Assembly: GCA_043718025.1 (NCBI GenBank) | Contig: JAYSWN010000001.1 | Span: 1 to 64,000 of the forward strand | Length of the DNA: 64,000 nt | DNA from: Pseudomonadota bacterium | Lineage (GTDB): Bacteria > Bdellovibrionota > FAC87 > UBA2466 | Direction of reading: 5' to 3' | Shown here: piece by piece, positions 9,139 through 18,827 of the stretch | How the letters are laid out: each line of letters starts with the position of its first letter | Numbering within the stretch: the first letter of the stretch is position 1 | The notes under the pieces: generated by a model | What the model saw: only the letters and a program-made list of their open reading frames with translations | Databases searched by the model: none | What the model was told of the DNA's origin: nothing | Translations under genes and position numbers: made by a program

Positions 9139-10884
9139 ATGGGAATGGGTTGGGTGGCGAAGGGATTACTCCCTTTTATTTTCCTTTTTGCGTCCGCATT
9201 TGCGGCGGATGAGTTTTACGACGAAGTCTACTTTCCAAACGGCACGGTTAGGCCGCAGTACGTCGAAGTGGTCAAACAGCTCGACGGTTATTCGCCCGCC
9301 GTGATCCTAAAGCTCATCAAAATGGCGAAGAAACAATTTTCCGGCGACACTCCGATGACGCCGGTGCCACGCTTGCTATTGCAGAGTGATTTTGATCTTT
9401 TGGCCGCCGGCACCGCTCAGCGGGCCGAAACGATCCGCCGTTTTTTGCAAGATCACGCCGGCGCCCAAACCTACCGCGATCACATCATTCCGGGCGCGGT
9501 GATTGACGCTATTTTGGATCGAACGGGCGAACGCTCGCTGTGGAAGTACATCACGCCGAAGGTAGCTAAGAAGGCGCGTTTTATTTACGGGCCCGACGTT
9601 ATTCGGCGGCTCGATGGAAAATACGTGGTGCTTGAAGACAACACTGGCTTCGTCGGCTCGCCGGGAGAGATCGGACCGGCTCGCGAGATATACGAAATCT
9701 TGATGCCCCGGGTCTACTCGGTATTGACTCCAGTGAATAACCCCAATGACTGGTACAGCGATGTACAAGATCGCATGGTGCAACTAAGTTCACCGCGCCT
9801 TGGCCACCGCGACACGGATGGAGCGTTGGTTATCTTTAGTTTTCCGCCCTACGGTGACAAAGAAGACTTGAGGCTGCAGCAGATCTGGAAAGAGCGCGGC
9901 GCCATTGTGGTCACTCAGTACACCCGCGATCGCCGGATTATTTTTGAAGAAGACGGCGCCTATGTGGAGTTCAAAGGAAATTTCGGAAAAATTTACAAGA
10001 AGCGGATTGGTTTTTTGTGGATGAACGCAGAGCACGCTTGGGCCGATTGGCAACACCCCGGCATCCGCGAAAAAGCTTTAGTCGATGAGGCCAGAGCCCA
10101 TTTGGATGAAGACAAATTGTCGAAAAAAAAACGGGACGCGATCGCGGCGGCTATGGAACGTGATGAGAACGGTGAGATTGACTTAGACGCCTTGGACAAG
10201 GCCATTCGAAAATCAAAGTACGAACACGATGCATCGGCCCGGCGCGACCCTTACTTACCGGGGCTCGTCGACGCTATATTGACCGGTAAGGTGCAAACAA
10301 ACTACACACCCGGAATGGAATTTATCGGCGATAAAATGTTTCACACCTATCTCGACGAGCTGACCCGATTCTATTTAGGCCAAGAGCCGATTCTTCCGGG
10401 CGCGGCGAGCCGCCGCTTCATTAAGCTCGACAAAAAAGGAGCGGTGGAAACGGATCAAAAGAACATTGAGTACGCGCTTTCTCATCAGAGCACTTCGGTG
10501 ATCAAGATCGTGGATGGCCGTGGCGGCGATAGTATTTTCATTGGACCCAAAATGACGCGGGCCGAGTGGAAAGCGTTACGAAAGGTGATCGAGGCCGAGC
10601 CGGCGCGCTATTTGGTTCAAGAGTTTTCGCATCCTTCCGTGGTGCGGATCAAGGGCAGCGATGATCGAATCGTCGACATTCGAATGATCAGCATGATCGA
10701 TGAAACCGGTAAACCGTTGGTTAGCAACACTCCGTGGTCGCGCTCCAACTCTCGCGTCGAAGGCGACGGCAAAGTGAACATGAGTAAGAACGGAACGCTA
10801 ATGAACGTTTTCGTGGTTCCCGATCCACCTCAAACGTGCGGCAAGAAACTGCAAAAACGAGGGCAACGTAGCGGGCTGAATTAG
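9139..10884 (+). CDS. Circularly permuted type 2 ATP-grasp protein with predicted signal peptide
   Basis: YDEVY..G.VRPQY, GPDVIR..DG.YVVLEDN, DKMFHTY, FYLGQEPIL, VIK.VDG.GG...FIGP, VDIR and VN.S.NG motifs. Start moved to ATG 9139 (G-rich RBS); ASAFA/ADE cleavage site. Confidence 0.8.
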   Translation: MGMGWVAKGLLPFIFLFASAFAADEFYDEVYFPNGTVRPQYVEVVKQLDGYSPAVILKLIKMAKKQFSGDTPMTPVPRLLLQSDFDLLAAGTAQRAETIRRFLQDHAGAQTYRDHIIPGAVIDAILDRTGERSLWKYITPKVAKKARFIYGPDVIRRLDGKYVVLEDNTGFVGSPGEIGPAREIYEILMPRVYSVLTPVNNPNDWYSDVQDRMVQLSSPRLGHRDTDGALVIFSFPPYGDKEDLRLQQIWKERGAIVVTQYTRDRRIIFEEDGAYVEFKGNFGKIYKKRIGFLWMNAEHAWADWQHPGIREKALVDEARAHLDEDKLSKKKRDAIAAAMERDENGEIDLDALDKAIRKSKYEHDASARRDPYLPGLVDAILTGKVQTNYTPGMEFIGDKMFHTYLDELTRFYLGQEPILPGAASRRFIKLDKKGAVETDQKNIEYALSHQSTSVIKIVDGRGGDSIFIGPKMTRAEWKALRKVIEAEPARYLVQEFSHPSVVRIKGSDDRIVDIRMISMIDETGKPLVSNTPWSRSNSRVEGDGKVNMSKNGTLMNVFVVPDPPQTCGKKLQKRGQRSGLN

Positions 10885-13800
10885 TCGATATCAAGCGCTT
10901 CGCACAACCGGCGAATCTGCGCGAGCTGACCTTGCCAATCGGTATCGCGTACGGTGAACACAAGCTTTCCGTCGGGGGTAAGGCTGTAACGTTCTTCCTT
11001 ATCCCGTTGGATGAGTTTTACGATTTTTTGTCCAGATACCGGAGTAGAAGGGGCAAACTGCAGTGAAGTTTTTCGTGGGCCGCAATTCATGCGGAGCACG
11101 TGCATCCGTTTGAGATACAGCTTTAAAGTCATTAGCCCCAGCAGATTATGTACCTCGGCGGGAATAGACCCGAAACGGTCACGAATCTCTGTTTCAATCT
11201 CGGAAATCTCTTCTTCTTGGGTTACCGATGAGAGCTTGCGGTAGATCAAAACTCGCTCCGAAATATCGGGCAGGTAATCATTGGGGAACCGTGCCGCGAT
11301 CTTCATCGTAATTTCAGGCTCGATCTCTTCTTCCCGCGGATTGCCCTGCAGCTCGCGTATGGACTCTTCAAGTAGGTCAAAATACATGTCAATACCGACG
11401 GCTGCGATATGACCCGACTGGTCTTTGCCTAGCAGGTCACCGGCTCCCCGGATCTCTAAATCGTGACTGGCAATGTGAAAGCCGCTGCCTAAATCGGTGT
11501 AACGTTGGATCACTTGAAGGCGTTGCTTGCCGTCATCGCCGATTAAATTTTCGCCCGGAATCAGCAAGTAACAGTAAGCCCTCACCGCTGACCGGCCCAC
11601 TCGACCGCGCAGTTGATAGAGTTGCGCGAGCCCAAAATTTTGGGCGTCGTCGATGATGATGGTATTTGCCCTGGGGATGTCTAGGCCTGATTCAATGATC
11701 GTGGTGGACATCAGCATATTGGCTTCGCCGCGATAGAACTCGAGCATCTTTTTTTCGAGTTCGTCGCCGTTCATTTGCCCATGGGCTACGTCGATTTTCA
11801 GTTTGGGCACCAAGGCCCGCAGCTCATCGGCCCGTTTAAAAATAGACTCCACCCGGTTATGGACGAAATAGATCTGTCCATCGCGAATGAGTTCGTTGGT
11901 TACCGCTTCGGCGATGACCTCGTCGGCGCTTCGGCAAACGAAGGTGCGCACGGCCAAGCGGTCGGGGGGCGGGGTGGTGATCAGCGAAATCTCTTTAATG
12001 CCCGACATCGCCATGTTGAGTGTGCGGGGAATAGGCGTGGCGGTCATCGATAGCACATGCACGGTCTCACTCATTTTCTTGAGGCGCTCTTTATGCACCA
12101 CCCCAAAGCGGTGCTCTTCATCGATTACCAGTAGGGCCAGACTTTTAAACTGTACGTCGGAGGATAGCAGCCGGTGAGTGCCAATCAAAATATCCACTTT
12201 ACCGTCGGTGGCCTCCTCAAGCGTCTTTTTGTTTTCGGCGGCGCTCTTTAGGCGCGAAACCATTTCCACTCGGGCGCCGACGCTCTTAAAACGGCTTTTG
12301 AAGGTTTCAAAATGTTGAAATGCTAAAACGGTGGTGGGCACCAGTACCGCCACTTGTTTGCCGTCGAGCACGGCGCGAAAGGCGGCGCGCATGGCGACCT
12401 CCGTTTTGCCGTAGCCGACGTCACCGCAAACCAATCGATCCATTGGGGACGATTTGCTTAAGTCCTGGTTGATCTCTTCTATCACTTTTAACTGGTCGGG
12501 AGTTTCGTCGAAAGGAAACTCCATTTCAAATTCGGTGTAATCTGATCCGGGCGGCGAACAGGCGTAAGCGGTAATCATTTTCCGCTTTGCTTGCAACGTA
12601 AGGAACTCGGCCGCCAGTTCGGCAACGGCGCGCCGCGCTTTCGATTTGGCCTTTACCCAACGGTCACCACCAAGCTTGTCGACCGCGGCGGTTGAATTTT
12701 CGCCACTCACATACTTTTGCAGGATGTTTAGGCGGTAGACGGGGACGTAAAGTTTGTCGCCGTCGCGGTATTCGAGCTGCACGTAGTCGCCCGACACCCC
12801 CAAAAAATCCATTGTCTTTAAGGCTACATATTTTCCGATGCCGTGCTCTTTGTGCACGACGAAATCGCCCGGCTTGAGATCGCGAAACGATTGCAGTAAG
12901 CGATCGCGATCTTTTCCCGACCACGCCGCCGATCGCGAGGTGCGTTTCTTTGAGCCAAATACGGCCTCTTCGCTCAGTAGCACTACTTTTAAATCGGGAA
13001 ATTCCAGGCTCTCGGAAAGAAAACCATTCCAAATGGCGATGCGGCGAAAATCGGTTGCAAACAGGCCTTCAATTGCGGGCTTGTCTTGTTCCACCAGATC
13101 TAGAGAGATGCCGTAGGGGTCAAATAAATCCCTCATCCGCGAGGCGTGGGTTGTGGTGTGGCAAACCAAGTGAATGTGGTAACCCTTGTCGATCCAACTC
13201 TTCATCGCGGTAGCAATTGATTCCAAGGCTAAATGCGGATGCCCTTTTTTTCCGGGAGCCCGTTCGATTAAAAAAGAGACCGCGCGGCTCACCAGTTCGT
13301 CTTCGCCGGCTTCACCCTTAGAGAAGTCTTCGAAAAAACGGTCTTGTTTTGGTTCCCGGGTTTGCGCTAAGTCCTGCAGCGAGAGAAATAGCTGATCTTT
13401 TTTTGCGATGGCGCGCGGCGCTTTTTCGTAGAGTTCATGGTTTTTAAGTAACCGGGGTAAGTCCGTTTCTTTTACCTGCTCATCGAAGCTACTCTTGCCG
13501 TCCCAAAAGATAGTTTTGTCTTTGGGGAAATAGTCGAAGACCGAACTTGAGCCACCGGAGAGCAAGGGAAACAATAGTCCCCATTCGGGCAGTGGTAACC
13601 CATCTACCAGCTTGGTAAAAAGCTCTTCACGTTGGGATTTGGGGATTTCGATTTCATCGAGCCGTTCTTTTAATTTCTCATTCACCGCACTGAGTTCTTC
13701 AGGCCGTGGGAGCAACGTCGAACCCACCGGAATCACTGAAACCTGATCGACTTTTTCGAGTGAGCGTTGGCTTTTCGGGTCAAAGAAGCGGATCTCTTCG

Positions 13801-14402
13801 ATCTCATCGCCGAGCCACTCGGCGCGAATCGGCTTATCGTAAAGCGGCGAGAAAATGTCGACCACGCCGCCGCGTACGGCGAAGCTCCCCGGATCGTAGA
13901 CGGTGGGCTGTCTTTGGTAACCGGCCTCAAGTAAGCCTTTGATTAGGTCATCGCGAGAGATCTCGGCGTTGGGCTTGAGGTGCCGAGTCACGCGCGCAAA
14001 ACCAGCGGTGGGCAAACACTTTTGCAACACTGCAGACGAGGTGGTTAAAAAAATTCTTTTATGGCTGTCGTTCAGGGCGTGGAAGAGGGCTTTGTTTCTC
14101 TCGGATACCGATTCGGGATTGGGCAGAATACCGCGGTAATAGTCAAACTCCACCGGCGGAAAGTAATGAACACGCGATGCCGCCTCTCGCCCTAAAAAGA
14201 AAAGCAAGTCGTCGGCTACGGCCCGCGCTACGGCGGCGTCCTTGAACACAGCGAGAATCGGGTGTGCCGTGTTTTGGTATGACTGGGCAAGAACCCAAGC
14301 TTTACCCAAAGGGGACAAACCAACCAGTGCCATCAGGGGCGCAGGAGTGCCCCCTTTTTTCAGCCACTCGGCAAGTTCGTTTCTGGGTACAGTTTCACTC
14401 AT
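10881..14402 (-). CDS. mfd: Transcription-repair coupling factor
   Basis: RGGVVDIF, VVHKEHGIGKY (RID), GDVGYGKTEVA, DEEHRFGV, TATPIPRTL, QLRGRVGR, DLEIRGAG. Confidence 0.98.
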   Translation of the reverse strand: MSETVPRNELAEWLKKGGTPAPLMALVGLSPLGKAWVLAQSYQNTAHPILAVFKDAAVARAVADDLLFFLGREAASRVHYFPPVEFDYYRGILPNPESVSERNKALFHALNDSHKRIFLTTSSAVLQKCLPTAGFARVTRHLKPNAEISRDDLIKGLLEAGYQRQPTVYDPGSFAVRGGVVDIFSPLYDKPIRAEWLGDEIEEIRFFDPKSQRSLEKVDQVSVIPVGSTLLPRPEELSAVNEKLKERLDEIEIPKSQREELFTKLVDGLPLPEWGLLFPLLSGGSSSVFDYFPKDKTIFWDGKSSFDEQVKETDLPRLLKNHELYEKAPRAIAKKDQLFLSLQDLAQTREPKQDRFFEDFSKGEAGEDELVSRAVSFLIERAPGKKGHPHLALESIATAMKSWIDKGYHIHLVCHTTTHASRMRDLFDPYGISLDLVEQDKPAIEGLFATDFRRIAIWNGFLSESLEFPDLKVVLLSEEAVFGSKKRTSRSAAWSGKDRDRLLQSFRDLKPGDFVVHKEHGIGKYVALKTMDFLGVSGDYVQLEYRDGDKLYVPVYRLNILQKYVSGENSTAAVDKLGGDRWVKAKSKARRAVAELAAEFLTLQAKRKMITAYACSPPGSDYTEFEMEFPFDETPDQLKVIEEINQDLSKSSPMDRLVCGDVGYGKTEVAMRAAFRAVLDGKQVAVLVPTTVLAFQHFETFKSRFKSVGARVEMVSRLKSAAENKKTLEEATDGKVDILIGTHRLLSSDVQFKSLALLVIDEEHRFGVVHKERLKKMSETVHVLSMTATPIPRTLNMAMSGIKEISLITTPPPDRLAVRTFVCRSADEVIAEAVTNELIRDGQIYFVHNRVESIFKRADELRALVPKLKIDVAHGQMNGDELEKKMLEFYRGEANMLMSTTIIESGLDIPRANTIIIDDAQNFGLAQLYQLRGRVGRSAVRAYCYLLIPGENLIGDDGKQRLQVIQRYTDLGSGFHIASHDLEIRGAGDLLGKDQSGHIAAVGIDMYFDLLEESIRELQGNPREEEIEPEITMKIAARFPNDYLPDISERVLIYRKLSSVTQEEEISEIETEIRDRFGSIPAEVHNLLGLMTLKLYLKRMHVLRMNCGPRKTSLQFAPSTPVSGQKIVKLIQRDKEERYSLTPDGKLVFTVRDTDWQGQLAQIRRLCEALDID

Positions 14403-14455
14403 TTTTGGAAACGCCGAATCTTCTCACCACCGCATCTCGCCTTTGGCTAACGCTG

Positions 14456-15466
14456 TTAAATGATGTCCCATTCGGCCTTTAGATCGCGGCTCATCAGGCT
14501 GTTGAGACACTCTAAGGGCGGAGAGTTGTGGTAGAGCACTCGGTAAACCTGCTCGGTGATTGGCATCGGCACGTTTTCTTTTATCGAAAGCTCGTACGCC
14601 GACTTAGCGGTGTAGACCCCTTCGGCCACTTGGCCTAACTCTCGTTGAATGTCGGCCAGCAATTTTCCTTGGCCGAGCATCAACCCCAAACGAAGGTTGC
14701 GGGACAAGGGGCCCGTACACGTCAAAACCAAATCGCCCATTCCGGCCAGCCCCATAAAGGTAAGCGGTTGAGCGCCGCGCTTGATTCCTAAGCGGGTCAT
14801 TTCTACGATGCCGCGGTTAATCAAAGCGGCGCGGGCATTGAAACCGAGATTGAGTCCGGTCACGACCCCCGAAGCAATTGCCACCACGTTTTTCAAGGCT
14901 CCGGCCAAATCCACTCCCACCACATCGGGCGAGGTGTAGACCCTGAAATACGGCGTCGACAAAAACTTTTGAATCTCGACGGCGGCGATGGCGTCGCGCG
15001 AGGCGATGGTCACCGCCGTGGGTAAGCGTTTGGCCACTTCAAGCGCAAAGCTGGGACCAGAAAGCGTGGTGTACAGGGCGCCGGGGCAGAGTTCCGAAAA
15101 CACCTCTTCAACCGTGAGGTTGGTACCGTTTTCGATACCTTTAGAGGTGTTGATGAGAATCTTGGCCGCCATCGTCTTGCCTTGCGCGGTGAAGACCGAT
15201 CGAATTTGCTGCGTAGGCACCGAGCAAACCACGATCTCCCCGTGCGCGAAAGCGCGGGATAAGTCGGTCGTCGCGTGAAGTGAGGGGTTTAGCGCCACTC
15301 CGGGCAGGTATTTTTTATTTTCTTTGTGGGCGTCGAGATGAGCCACCACTTCGGCGTTGCGGCCCCAGACGACCACGGAGTGCCCGGCATCCGCGCAGAT
15401 ATTTGCGACTGCGGTACCCCAGCTTCCCGCACCTATGATAGAAATTCGTTTCGACACAGCGAGCAA
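14456..15466 (-). CDS. gpsA: NAD(P)H-dependent glycerol-3-phosphate dehydrogenase
   Basis: GAGSWGTA, SKGIE, SGPSFA, GALKNV, GLAGMGDL, SRN, EGV.T. Start uncertain by a few codons. Confidence 0.96.
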   Translation of the reverse strand: MLAVSKRISIIGAGSWGTAVANICADAGHSVVVWGRNAEVVAHLDAHKENKKYLPGVALNPSLHATTDLSRAFAHGEIVVCSVPTQQIRSVFTAQGKTMAAKILINTSKGIENGTNLTVEEVFSELCPGALYTTLSGPSFALEVAKRLPTAVTIASRDAIAAVEIQKFLSTPYFRVYTSPDVVGVDLAGALKNVVAIASGVVTGLNLGFNARAALINRGIVEMTRLGIKRGAQPLTFMGLAGMGDLVLTCTGPLSRNLRLGLMLGQGKLLADIQRELGQVAEGVYTAKSAYELSIKENVPMPITEQVYRVLYHNSPPLECLNSLMSRDLKAEWDII

Positions 15467-15520
15467 GGTAATACCTTGGTTTTCATACGCTGACTAGAGC
15501 CCTAGAGGGGGAACTCATTC

Positions 15521-16138
15521 ATGGAATCGATTAAACTTTATTACGCCCCAAAAACCCGTTCGAGCCGTCCCCGCTGGCTGCTCGAGGAAATGGGTGTGCC
15601 CTACGACTTGATTCGCATCAATTTGGGCGAGAAGCAGCATAAGTCGGCCCATTACCTGAAAGTGCATCCGCTGGGCTTGGTTCCCGCCATCGAAGTGGCG
15701 GGGGCAACCCTTTTCGAGTCCACCGCGATCGTGGGTTATTTAGCGGACAAATTTTTGGACAAAAAGTTGGCCCCGGCCCTAGCGTCTAAGGATCGGGCCT
15801 TGTATTGGCAGTGGATGATGTACGGCGCGGTCACGCTTGAGGTCCCGGTGATGACTTACTTCATGCACACCGTGAAACTACCCGAGGCCGCGCGTAACGC
15901 CGGGCTTGCCGAAGAGGCCATTAAAACCTTCAAAGCTAATGCCGCGGTGGTTAACGATGCCTTAACCGGGAAACCCTTTTTGGTTGGAGATAGTTTTACT
16001 GCCGCCGACGTCGTGGTGGGGTCGACTCTAATCTTTGCACGAGCCTTAAAGATGCCGATGAGCGACTACCCTTCGCTGCCAACCTACGTGGGACGATTAA
16101 TGGAGCGTCCACCCTACCAACGTTCCATTGCCGACTAA
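15521..16138 (+). CDS. Glutathione S-transferase family protein
   Basis: LYYAPKTRS, HPLGLVP, LFESTAI..YLA, FLVGDSFTAADV. Confidence 0.93.
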   Translation: MESIKLYYAPKTRSSRPRWLLEEMGVPYDLIRINLGEKQHKSAHYLKVHPLGLVPAIEVAGATLFESTAIVGYLADKFLDKKLAPALASKDRALYWQWMMYGAVTLEVPVMTYFMHTVKLPEAARNAGLAEEAIKTFKANAAVVNDALTGKPFLVGDSFTAADVVVGSTLIFARALKMPMSDYPSLPTYVGRLMERPPYQRSIAD

Positions 16139-16221
16139 AAGTTTTTTGTTTTCGGCGCAGAATTGATTTTTATCGTCGCTAAAATGCCCTTAACACATCG
16201 CGGGGTTACCGCCGCACCGCC

Positions 16222-16250
16222 TTGACAATCTTTACCCCCACTCTTAGGGT
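16222..16250 (+). promoter_or_regulatory. Sigma70-type promoter of the nuo membrane-arm operon
   Basis: Perfect TTGACA (16222-16227), 17-bp spacer, TAGGGT (TAnnnT, 16245-16250). Confidence 0.6.
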
Positions 16251-16373
16251 TTAGCGGTTTTGTAAATTCAGCTACTTAGGCTTGTCTTCCCCAGGCAGAC
16301 GAAAAAACTAAGTCTCTTTAAAGATGGCAAAGACAGCTTCCTCTTTAGAGAGTGATGGAAGGGAAACGCTTCG

Positions 16374-16817
16374 TTGGAAACGGGCTTCATCACAGTATTT
16401 TGGTACTTTGTAATCGCGGCCGCGATTGTGCCTCTCATGCTAGGCGCGGGTTGGCTATTGCGTCCCAAATCCCGGTACATTGGCAAAGCGGGAGCCGCTT
16501 ATGAGTGTGGTGAAGACCCCGTTGGCAGTCCGTGGGTAAAATTCAACATTCGTTTTTACGTCATTGCGATAGTTTTTATTATTTTCGACGTTGAGATGGT
16601 GGCCATCTTCCCGGTCGCGACGCTCTTTAAAGACGCGGCGCTCAAAGGCACAGCCGGTCTTATTTTTGCCGAAATTTTTCTGTTCGTCGGCCTTTTGGTT
16701 GCCGGCCTTATTTTCTGCTGGGTGCGTGGCGACCTAGATTGGGTGAAGGGCGTCTCCGGCCCCCGCCTGCGAAGCCCAAATAAAAATCGAAAGAGCGAAG
16801 TTAAGGGGAACGCATGA
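16374..16817 (+). CDS. nuoA: NADH-quinone oxidoreductase subunit A (set 1)
   Basis: YECG, RFYVIAIVFIIFDVE, GDLDW; TTG start after GGAAGGG. Confidence 0.95.
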   Translation: METGFITVFWYFVIAAAIVPLMLGAGWLLRPKSRYIGKAGAAYECGEDPVGSPWVKFNIRFYVIAIVFIIFDVEMVAIFPVATLFKDAALKGTAGLIFAEIFLFVGLLVAGLIFCWVRGDLDWVKGVSGPRLRSPNKNRKSEVKGNA

Positions 16818-17956
16818 TCGAGTCAGCTGCCTTTGCCCACACGCTGCAGGGCTGGGTTGGAATGGGTCCGCTCTGGATTTATGCCGCCCTTTCCGCCTTT
16901 CTTATTCTGTTTTTGCTCGCCCTTCCTTTTGGTGGCTTGGCCACTTACGTTGAGCGAAAGATCGCCGCCGATATTCAAGATCGCGTTGGCCCTAACCGCG
17001 TTGGCCCATTGGGCATTCTTCAGTTTGCGGCCGATGCCGTTAAAATGCTCGCGAAGGAAGACTTTACCCCGACCGGCGCTGACCGTTTCCTATTTAATAT
17101 TGCTCCGGTTTTTGTGGTGGTGGGCGCCTGCGCCGCCTTTGCTGCCTTGCCGTTTGGAAAACATCTGTTGGGCGCCGATTTAAATATCGGCGTTTTGTAT
17201 GTTCTGGCGGTCACCACTTTAGTGGCGCCAGGTTTGTTGCTGGGATCGTGGGCTTCACAAAACAAGTGGTCTTTGCTCGGCGGCCTTCGTGCGGCAGCCC
17301 AAATCGTTAGCTACGAAATTCCGGTTTCGCTTTCCATTCTTCCCGCGGTCATTATTTCGGGAACCCTGCAGATGGGCTCAATTGTTGAGCAGCAGGGTTG
17401 GAATACCGCGGTGGAACACGCGGCGGTGAATTATCATTTTTGGAACATAGTGCACAATCCGTTTACCTTTTGTGCCTTCTTCCTGCTCTTCGTTGGTGGC
17501 TTGGCGGAGACCAACCGCATTCCATTCGACTTACCTGAAGCCGAATCTGAACTGGTTTCGGGTTTCAACACCGAGTTTTCGGGAATGCGCTTTGGACTTT
17601 ACGCACTGGGCGAGTTTGTTGATGTGTTCGTGATGTCGGCGATGGTTACCGCCTTGTACTTAGGTGGCTGGCAGCTTCCCTTTTTTAATATCGATCAATG
17701 GGTGGTGCCCTTGCCCGTAGGGGTACTGGCGCTCGTTCACTTTACGGTGTTCATGGCCAAGACCCTGGTGATGGTCTTCGTTGTCATGTGGCTGCGCTGG
17801 ACGTTGCCGCGTTTGCGCGTGGATCAGCTGATGAGTCTTTGCTGGAAGGGCATGGTTCCGTTGGCGCTGATTAATGTTACCGGCACTGCTTTGTGGATGT
17901 GGGTCTTTAAAGGGCAGTCGATGGTGCAGTTAATCATGAAAGCTTTTGGCGGATAA
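16814..17956 (+). CDS. nuoH: NADH-quinone oxidoreductase subunit H (set 1)
   Basis: ERK..QDRVGPNRVGP, AQIVSYE, AETNRIPFDLPEAESELVSG, RWTLPRLRVDQL. Confidence 0.97.
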   Translation: MIESAAFAHTLQGWVGMGPLWIYAALSAFLILFLLALPFGGLATYVERKIAADIQDRVGPNRVGPLGILQFAADAVKMLAKEDFTPTGADRFLFNIAPVFVVVGACAAFAALPFGKHLLGADLNIGVLYVLAVTTLVAPGLLLGSWASQNKWSLLGGLRAAAQIVSYEIPVSLSILPAVIISGTLQMGSIVEQQGWNTAVEHAAVNYHFWNIVHNPFTFCAFFLLFVGGLAETNRIPFDLPEAESELVSGFNTEFSGMRFGLYALGEFVDVFVMSAMVTALYLGGWQLPFFNIDQWVVPLPVGVLALVHFTVFMAKTLVMVFVVMWLRWTLPRLRVDQLMSLCWKGMVPLALINVTGTALWMWVFKGQSMVQLIMKAFGG

Positions 17957-17961
17957 CACAG

Positions 17962-18477
17962 ATGACTACCGGAATGAAATTGGTGCTGTTTGCGGCTGAG
18001 ATTTTTACGCTAGCCGCGGCCCTTGTCGCCACCTTCCACCCCAATGTGCTTTACGGCGCCATAGCGCTTTTGGGCACTTTTCTTGGCGTGGCCGCAATGT
18101 ATCTCTTTGCCGGCGCCGATTTTTTGGCCGGTGCACAAGTGATTGTTTACGTCGGTGGCGTCACCATTTTAATTCTCTTCGCGATCATGCTCACGCAATG
18201 GCTATACCAAATGAAACTGCGTGATATTGGCACTAAGTTACTTGTCCCCGTTCTCATTGGGGCGGCCCTTTTCGCTTATTTGGTTAAGGCACTTTTAGAT
18301 ATCAACCCGCAGTTCGCCGCAGAAAATATTGAGAAATCACAAAAATTTTTGCACGCCCCCAAGACTCCGCTCATTGGTGAGGCTTTACTCAATGCCTATC
18401 TGCTCCCTTTTGAAGCCATCACCATTTTGCTTTTGGGTGCTTTGGTTGGTGCGGTTTGGATAGCGAGGCCAAGGTAA
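17962..18477 (+). CDS. nuoJ: NADH-quinone oxidoreductase subunit J (set 1)
   Basis: ADFLAGAQVIVYVGG, YLLPFE..LL..LVGA. Confidence 0.93.
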   Translation: MTTGMKLVLFAAEIFTLAAALVATFHPNVLYGAIALLGTFLGVAAMYLFAGADFLAGAQVIVYVGGVTILILFAIMLTQWLYQMKLRDIGTKLLVPVLIGAALFAYLVKALLDINPQFAAENIEKSQKFLHAPKTPLIGEALLNAYLLPFEAITILLLGALVGAVWIARPR

Positions 18478-18482
18478 CCATC

Positions 18483-18824
18483 ATGAATTTGCAAGTACTC
18501 CACTCTTTTTTAGATAAGGCCTGCGGAGTGCAGGGCTTTTTGGTCGTGAGCGCGGCGCTCTTTTGTTTGGGCATCGTGGGCGTGCTTTCGCGCAAGAACA
18601 CCATCGGAATTCTGCTCGGCATCGAGCTTATTCTCAATGCCGCGGGGCTTAATTTTGTAGCTTTTAGTCGCTATCGCACGGCGAACATCGATGGCCAGGT
18701 GGCCAATCTATTTATCATTATCATTGCCGCGGCGGAAGCTGCGGTGGCGCTGGCGATCATTCTTAGATTTTATCGCTTGAAACAGACTATTGATGCCGAT
18801 GAGGCCAACCTTCTGAGGAATTAG
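18483..18824 (+). CDS. nuoK: NADH-quinone oxidoreductase subunit K (set 1)
   Basis: RKN..IELILNAA, GQV, AAAEAAVALA; start moved to ATG 18483. Confidence 0.95.
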   Translation: MNLQVLHSFLDKACGVQGFLVVSAALFCLGIVGVLSRKNTIGILLGIELILNAAGLNFVAFSRYRTANIDGQVANLFIIIIAAAEAAVALAIILRFYRLKQTIDADEANLLRN

Positions 18825-18827
18825 CGA

